A stretch of 64,000 nt of DNA from a virus. Taxonomy: Duplodnaviria > Caudoviricetes. Shown here one piece after another: positions 58,412 through 64,000 of this stretch (its first letter is position 1; each line of letters opens with the position of its first letter). Position numbers and translations under genes: made by a program. The notes beneath the pieces were generated by a model, which did no database searches, had not been told where the DNA came from, and worked only from the letters and a program-made list of their open reading frames with translations. Where the stretch lies: the IMG/VR virus record IMGVR_UViG_3300031801_001562. The stretch is one strand, 5' to 3'.

Positions 58412-59269
58412 TTAAAACTCCTGTATCGATTCAGTCATATCTTTGAGTCGATGCTTAATAAAATAATTAAGCATTCTGTCGCGACCTAAATATTGCGCGC
58501 TCTCATATCGTGTTCTTATATTTATCTCGATTTTATCTGGGATACAACCGAGATCTATTAAAGTTTCATTGCGTTTGAAATTTCTTAAAATTTCTCCCTC
58601 GAAATGTTTTTCTGGTGAAATATTTAGCCAATCCATGATCTTCTTCTTCGACATTGGCTTCTGTCTTAACCCCTCTACCAAACAAGCATCATTTGAAAGA
58701 ATATTTGGTATACCATCGCTTCTATCTCCTTTTACTATTAAAGCGCGCAATTGTCCGGCCGGATCATTTTCTTTAATAAATTTTTTAGTTCGAGGCGACC
58801 ATTGAAAAATATTAGGATATCGTTGCAATTGAATAAAATCTTTATCTGAAGAAACTATCAATATATTATAATCTCTATGAGAATAATATTTACAAATAAC
58901 ACCAATAATATCATCTGCTTCACATCCATCTAAAACAACTACTCTATAAGGCATATTTTCTGCTATTTCAACTCGAATGCCATCGAGTATATTAAATAAT
59001 GCCTGCCAATCTACATTTTGTTTATTTTCTTCTCTTGCTTTTTTTCTATTGGCTTTATATTGTGGAAAAACATCCCGGCGCCAATTTTTTCTACTATCAC
59101 AACAAAAAACAATTTCTTTTCCGTACTTAGTACTAAATTTGTTTTTAATCATTTTAATATTATTAAGAACCATATGCCTCATTACAGCATCTTCTTTACC
59201 TGGCTCAAATTGTTTTCGAAATTGCATAAAATTAGCAATTATCATCTGATTATAATCAATTAATATCAT
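58412..59269 (-). CDS. rnh: RNase H / 5'-3' exonuclease (T4 Rnh family)
   Basis: ILIDYNQ, NWRR.VFP.YKA.R, EADDII, SSDKDF.QL, GD.SDGIPN. Confidence 0.95.
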   Translation of the reverse strand: MILIDYNQMIIANFMQFRKQFEPGKEDAVMRHMVLNNIKMIKNKFSTKYGKEIVFCCDSRKNWRRDVFPQYKANRKKAREENKQNVDWQALFNILDGIRVEIAENMPYRVVVLDGCEADDIIGVICKYYSHRDYNILIVSSDKDFIQLQRYPNIFQWSPRTKKFIKENDPAGQLRALIVKGDRSDGIPNILSNDACLVEGLRQKPMSKKKIMDWLNISPEKHFEGEILRNFKRNETLIDLGCIPDKIEINIRTRYESAQYLGRDRMLNYFIKHRLKDMTESIQEF

Positions 59270-59270
59270 A

Positions 59271-60026
59271 TTATTTTTTTTGTTTATATTTCGCTGCTTT
59301 CGTTACTTTTTGTTTTTTTGTTGTAATAACAACATCACATTCTTCTATCATCATATCATAAAATTTAATTAATCTATTTTGTTGTGGGCCACTCATATGA
59401 CTATATGCTTCTTTAAAATCTATATCACCTTCTTTAGCTAATTTTATTTCACCGGCCATTTCTACAATTTCAGATTTTAAATGTTTAGCAACTGGTCTTG
59501 AAACTTTATTATGTTTAACAAATTGTTTAAAATTAAATTTCTTTTTAAAATCTTCTTCAAGTTGTTCTTCAACAATATCTTCTATGTCATATTTTAAATT
59601 TTTTGCTGCTTCTCGAATTCTTTTTTGAATATCTGGTTTTACTTTATCTTTTGATTCTACTACTACCTTACGATGCTCGGCAATTTCTTCTATCTTTTTT
59701 AATTTTTGGATAAAAAGCTCTTCATATTCTTCTGGTAAACTCTTTAATCCTCTTATTTTCATTCGAGCAATATAACCAACATGATTTCCAACCTCGATTA
59801 AATCGGCGATTTTAAGTTTTCCAGGAGATTTACTTTTTACTTTATTTTTTTTATAATATTCTTGAACAAAATTCATACTCTCTTTAAAATCAAAAAATTT
59901 ATAATACCATCTAAAGGCTTCATGAATTTCAGATTTTAATTTATCAGGAGGTAAACTATCCCAATCAATTGGATCCGGCTCGTCACCCATATATTTTGCG
60001 TTAATACTTCTTTTCGAAAAAGCCAT
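59271..60026 (-). CDS. Hypothetical protein
   Basis: 251-aa K/E-rich ORF coupled to its neighbours. Confidence 0.75.
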   Translation of the reverse strand: MAFSKRSINAKYMGDEPDPIDWDSLPPDKLKSEIHEAFRWYYKFFDFKESMNFVQEYYKKNKVKSKSPGKLKIADLIEVGNHVGYIARMKIRGLKSLPEEYEELFIQKLKKIEEIAEHRKVVVESKDKVKPDIQKRIREAAKNLKYDIEDIVEEQLEEDFKKKFNFKQFVKHNKVSRPVAKHLKSEIVEMAGEIKLAKEGDIDFKEAYSHMSGPQQNRLIKFYDMMIEECDVVITTKKQKVTKAAKYKQKK

Positions 60027-60716
60027 TTAACTACCTTCATACTCTCCGAGTGTTATGTTATATAATTCTTTTAGCTCACACATAATATAATGTAAGATAA
60101 CAGACATAATTCCTTCACATTTTTCCATATGATTTAAATTAATATGTATATAATTTGAGAGTTTATCTTTCAAAATTCCTCCATCATATCCTAAAATGCC
60201 ATATGTTTCTATGCCATTTGAATGAGCCCATTCAACAGCTTCTATGAGATTTTTACTATTGCCACTACCACTAAGAACTAATAATCCATCACCCCTATTA
60301 GCATAAGCTACAAGTTGATGCTTAAAAATATTATCATAAGAATCATCATTAGATGTAGCAGTAATGAAGCCGATATCGTTGCAAAGAGATATAGCTTTAA
60401 TCCTAGGTCTTGAAAGTCCATTTTCAATTGTCCCTTTAGTTAGATCTTGTGCGAAATGATTAGAATTACAAGCACTTCCTCCATTTCCACATATAAAAAA
60501 TTGGTTTTCATTTATATATAGGTTCCAAATGCCCTTTAATAGTTCATCAAGTTGACTTTCCGAAACTAAATGTAGAGAATTACTTATAGAGGTAACATGA
60601 GATCTCCATCCGGATGTATCCTTTAATAATTCTATTTCCGAATTTATTTTAATTTCTGACACATTATTTGATAAAGTATTATCAGCCCATTTTACATGTA
60701 TATTTTTATTTTTCAT
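60027..60716 (-). CDS. gmhA: Phosphoheptose isomerase (SIS domain)
   Basis: FICGNGGSA.NS.H.A.D, TA..ND..Y..IF, LS.SGNS.N..A. Confidence 0.9.
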   Translation of the reverse strand: MKNKNIHVKWADNTLSNNVSEIKINSEIELLKDTSGWRSHVTSISNSLHLVSESQLDELLKGIWNLYINENQFFICGNGGSACNSNHFAQDLTKGTIENGLSRPRIKAISLCNDIGFITATSNDDSYDNIFKHQLVAYANRGDGLLVLSGSGNSKNLIEAVEWAHSNGIETYGILGYDGGILKDKLSNYIHINLNHMEKCEGIMSVILHYIMCELKELYNITLGEYEGS

Positions 60717-61668
60717 TATAAAACACTATTCTTGTTCCCTGATTATCGAATCCAACATCAAATGTATCTAAAGTTCTATTTTTCATATGTATCTCTTTAG
60801 CATGATCTGTCATGAAAAGTATATAGCCACCACCACCAGCTCCACATATTTTACATCCTGTAGCCCAAGAAACAGAATTTTGCATAATAGCATTAATTGC
60901 ATCATTAGTAATTCCTTTAGCTAGAGTGTTTTTAATTTGCATGGATTTATTCATGAGTATACCAAAATCATCGTACTGTCTATGATCATAATAATCCAAA
61001 GCTTCGGTACAAATGTCATATATTTTATTATATTTTTTTAATTTTTTTTCAATAGATTTTTTCTGAGAAGTAAGAATTGAAGATGATTGTCTATGTTGGC
61101 CAGTATTAACCAGAACAAACTTTCTTTCAAACTCTGTATCATATTGTAATTCTTCAATTTTTACACTGCCATCTTTAAAAAACTGAAAGTGGTTAAAACC
61201 GCCGTAACTAACCGCAAATTGATCTTGTTTCCCAATCGGCTTATCCAAGATTTCAAGCTCAATATGACATGCTAGATGAGCTATATCGGCCTGATTCATT
61301 GGAGCCCCGATCCAAGTACTTATAGCATTTATTAACCCAACCAGAATACTTGAAGAGGAAGCTAAACCAGATCCCTCAGAAGGAATGTCTGCTAATGTTG
61401 TAATTTCGAGGCCAGGTTTTACATTAAAATGTCTGAGGACTTCGCGAATATATTCATGTTCGATTTCTTCAACATAACTGACTGATTCTTTTTTAGTATA
61501 ATTACAAACAAATTGATCTCGATATAATCTATTTAATATAACATAGGTAGATTTATCGATAGCTGCGCTCATGACTTGACCGCCATCGGGAGCTGTCATA
61601 TAATATTCCGGAATATCGGTTCCGCCCCCGAAAAAACTAATCCGTAAGGGTGTTTGACAAACTAACAA
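60706..61668 (-). CDS. hddA: D-glycero-D-manno-heptose 7-phosphate kinase (GHMP family)
   Basis: TPLRISFFGGGTD, DIPS.GSGL.SSS, IGKQDQ....YGG, K..GAGGGG. Confidence 0.9.
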   Translation of the reverse strand: MLVCQTPLRISFFGGGTDIPEYYMTAPDGGQVMSAAIDKSTYVILNRLYRDQFVCNYTKKESVSYVEEIEHEYIREVLRHFNVKPGLEITTLADIPSEGSGLASSSSILVGLINAISTWIGAPMNQADIAHLACHIELEILDKPIGKQDQFAVSYGGFNHFQFFKDGSVKIEELQYDTEFERKFVLVNTGQHRQSSSILTSQKKSIEKKLKKYNKIYDICTEALDYYDHRQYDDFGILMNKSMQIKNTLAKGITNDAINAIMQNSVSWATGCKICGAGGGGYILFMTDHAKEIHMKNRTLDTFDVGFDNQGTRIVFYNEK

Positions 61669-62056
61669 TTCTCTTCTTCAGTTCAGTTGATGAATAATGA
61701 TGAAATCTCTTACAATAATAGAGTTCAATATTTTTTAAGATACATGTATTATATCCTGTTATGAATTTATTGTCACGGGAATAATCTTCACCTAAAAATC
61801 TAATATTAATTTCTATTGTTTTTAATATATTTTTAAGATCTTTTTCTGATTCATAAGGAATAATTTCATCAACATATCTACATCCTTTTAATTGTATGAA
61901 TCGTTCAAAGACTGACTGTATTAAATCTTTTTTGTGGGCAGGGCTAGTGTGAAGACCAACAATTAAATAATCACAATTTTTTCTCGCTTCTTCTAACATT
62001 ACAATATGACCCGCATGCAGTAAATCAAAACTGGAAGCTGTAAATCCTTTTTTCAT
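61637..62056 (-). CDS. Cytidylyl/adenylyltransferase (TagD/RfaE-like)
   Basis: FDLLHAGH...L..A...CDYLIVGL, ER...L...YVDE, G.DY, YSST. Confidence 0.9.
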   Translation of the reverse strand: MKKGFTASSFDLLHAGHIVMLEEARKNCDYLIVGLHTSPAHKKDLIQSVFERFIQLKGCRYVDEIIPYESEKDLKNILKTIEINIRFLGEDYSRDNKFITGYNTCILKNIELYYCKRFHHYSSTELKKRIVSLSNTLTD

Positions 62057-63048
62057 TCTGATTGTTCTTCGAGTTCATCTTCAATATCCATTAATTCAAA
62101 CATCTCTATCCATTTAGGTGCTCTATAATCCCAACTATAATATTTGTCCGCATGTTTTTTAGCTCGATCTATAACATCCTGAGTTTCATCGTCCCAATAT
62201 GTATCCATTAATTTATCTATTTCATCTGTGACTCTATAACAATGTTCTATTTCATCTTTAATATAAGGATACATAAAAGCATGATCGGAACAAGTCTCTG
62301 GTAACGCTCCTAGACTATTTGTAAGCATTAATGTCCTGGAAGACATTGCTTCCATGGCAGTCCTACAAGAAGTTTCTTCCCATATACATGGATAAGCCCA
62401 AATATGCATATCTTTCCATTCTTCTCTTAAAGGTCTTCCTCTAACAATTTTATGTAAGGTCATATTAGGATTTTTTTCAATATGATCGAATAATTCTCCG
62501 TATGGTTGATCGTTCTCTTTCCACCCATATATCTGAAAACTTGAATATACATGCAAATGCCAATCATCTCTTTCGAGTTCATGTAAAGCATTACATAATA
62601 CATGTAAACCTCTTTGAGGGGTAGAAGCATAGATTAAATTTATTTTACCCTCTCTAGGTTTTTCATAATGTTCAAATGGAAATATTGCTGTTTTTTGAAC
62701 TTCACAACGATCCATTGGTAAATCATATTTTTCTAGAAAAGTATGCATTTGCCAATAACTCGAAAAAATTAATTTTTCAAATTGTTCTGCTCCGTCTTTA
62801 TTTTTTAAAAAATCATGTCCACCACTTGGATCTTTTGCTAAATCATGAAACCACCAAATTCTGGGCAAAATAGTTTGAATATTTTCTGGATATAATCTTG
62901 ATATTATCCATTGATAATCTGTTTTATATTTTTTAGGCAAATGCGACCATAATTCTAAGGTTGTTAATTCTGTTCCCCCAAAAGAATTCTTAGCCATATT
63001 ATTTTCTTTTCTTTGAGGTATTGTCTTATCTTTATAAATGTCTTTCAT
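62053..63048 (-). CDS. GT-B glycosyltransferase (family 4-like)
   Basis: GGTE, YASTP.RGL, YP..WEETSC..A.EAM. Confidence 0.85.
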   Translation of the reverse strand: MKDIYKDKTIPQRKENNMAKNSFGGTELTTLELWSHLPKKYKTDYQWIISRLYPENIQTILPRIWWFHDLAKDPSGGHDFLKNKDGAEQFEKLIFSSYWQMHTFLEKYDLPMDRCEVQKTAIFPFEHYEKPREGKINLIYASTPQRGLHVLCNALHELERDDWHLHVYSSFQIYGWKENDQPYGELFDHIEKNPNMTLHKIVRGRPLREEWKDMHIWAYPCIWEETSCRTAMEAMSSRTLMLTNSLGALPETCSDHAFMYPYIKDEIEHCYRVTDEIDKLMDTYWDDETQDVIDRAKKHADKYYSWDYRAPKWIEMFELMDIEDELEEQSE

Positions 63049-63908
63049 ACTTCAATCTTGAATGTTCTGGGACTATTTAAAATATGTTCTTTTAATTCTT
63101 TATGAAAATTTATATTTGCTTCTCTACATTCTTCTAAAGAACTTTTATACTGTCTTTGTTCTTTATCTTGTATAGTTTTCCACCAATCGGTTGTGGGACA
63201 ATATAAAGGTTTATGTTTTAAACCATAAAATTTAGAACACCAAGGAAAAACTACAACAACCTTTCCTAAAAGTGTTGCCCAATAAGCGCCATGATAAGAA
63301 TTTGTAACAACAATATCTCCACTTGCAATAAATTCTATTGTTTCTTCAAAATTGATTTCATTGTTTCCCTTATGAGGATAATCCCAAGTTTCCGAAGGCA
63401 TGCCATGAATAACATTCATTGGAAGAGTTGAATGAGTAAAAAATACAACATCATATTTGACTTTATATTCTTTATCAAAAGCTTCATGCATACAGCTTGC
63501 GCATGGAACCCATCTTGCGGTTGGTATTGCTTGATATATATGTGGATGATGATCTCGTATACCCAATAAATCAAATGATCTTATATAACCTGGATAAGTT
63601 ATATTCATTGGTGGTATACATTGTACTTGTTCATCTAAACAAATATACATATGTTCGCCTAATCCCCATCCATATATTCTATAATTAGAATTTTTTTGAT
63701 GTTTCAAAACATGAGACATTGGCCTCATTTGACCTATGAGTCCTCCACCACCGTAAATGACGTTTTCATGAGGTGGCATATAATCATATTCTAATTTAAA
63801 GATATCTTTTTGATTTCCTGGTAAATCAAAATATTTTGTAGGAGTACTGTACGAATCGCCTATGTTAGTTTCATCTGTCCTAAATATATTGGTAAACTGT
63901 AATTCCAT
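63045..63908 (-). CDS. Polysaccharide pyruvyl-transferase-like protein
   Basis: YGGGGL, GWG.G, GIRD, VPC.SC, VTNSYHG...ATL.G. Confidence 0.65.
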   Translation of the reverse strand: MELQFTNIFRTDETNIGDSYSTPTKYFDLPGNQKDIFKLEYDYMPPHENVIYGGGGLIGQMRPMSHVLKHQKNSNYRIYGWGLGEHMYICLDEQVQCIPPMNITYPGYIRSFDLLGIRDHHPHIYQAIPTARWVPCASCMHEAFDKEYKVKYDVVFFTHSTLPMNVIHGMPSETWDYPHKGNNEINFEETIEFIASGDIVVTNSYHGAYWATLLGKVVVVFPWCSKFYGLKHKPLYCPTTDWWKTIQDKEQRQYKSSLEECREANINFHKELKEHILNSPRTFKIEV

Positions 63909-63922
63909 AGAAAGGTATATTC

Positions 63923-64000
63923 ATGCAAGATTTAAATGATTTTGGTTTTAGCACAGTTAGTGAACAAGAATTTACATCGGCTGCTAAAGAACCTGAAGAG
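63923..64000 (+). CDS. Start of a hypothetical protein (partial, truncated by the window edge)
   Basis: AAAGGT RBS then MQDLNDFGFSTVSEQEFTSAAKEPEE, open to the edge. Confidence 0.6.
   Translation, partial: MQDLNDFGFSTVSEQEFTSAAKEPEE

Noticed and set aside
916-62873. Many short opposite-strand or alternative-frame ORFs in the track (e.g. 916-1254, 2826-3104, 11793-13499, 19824-20260, 28702-29001, 58569-59263)
   Set aside because: They overlap well-supported genes, have no motifs or RBS, and look like antisense shadows.
1-64000. Introns, inteins, homing endonucleases, transposases, reverse transcriptase/DGR
   Set aside because: No LAGLIDADG, GIY-YIG, HNH, intein, DDE or RT motifs were recognised, and core genes are uninterrupted and of normal length.

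Overview
AT-rich segment of a large T4-like (myovirus) phage genome, probably marine or aquatic. 1-13.8 kb: baseplate/tail/head-completion module (large unknown ORF, gp5 without lysozyme, gp27-like hub with a C-terminal S74 chaperone, gp53, gp48, gp4, gp2, gp54-like, gp26, a start-less gp51-like ORF reachable by a -1 slip, and a tape-measure-like protein with 25-aa repeats). 13.9-16 kb: gp32, gp59, gp33. 16-19.5 kb: 7-deazaguanine DNA-modification operon (folE, dpdA-like, DUF3310, queC, stand-alone class II GATase, dcd/dut) behind a perfect sigma70 promoter. 20.35-20.7 kb: a circularly permuted two-piece tmRNA gene (tag ANNDDYTAYSYALAA) whose intervening segment holds a 30-aa hydrophobic ORF. 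20.7-56.4 kb: a tightly coupled island of tailoring enzymes (16 radical SAM genes including 2 B12-dependent, 2 flavin halogenase-like, about 5 Fe/2OG oxygenases, 2 FkbM and 3 other methyltransferase-like, a second QueC-like ATPase, glycosyltransferases, nitroreductase, nucleosidase, aldo-keto reductase, adenylating enzyme, epimerase) with no evident substrate. 56.4-64 kb: exonuclease, FmdB, SleB hydrolase, RNase H and a heptose/glycosyltransferase cluster. All assignments come from motif recognition by eye; no database searches were run. Several starts were moved from the ORF track to ATGs overlapping the upstream stop codon.
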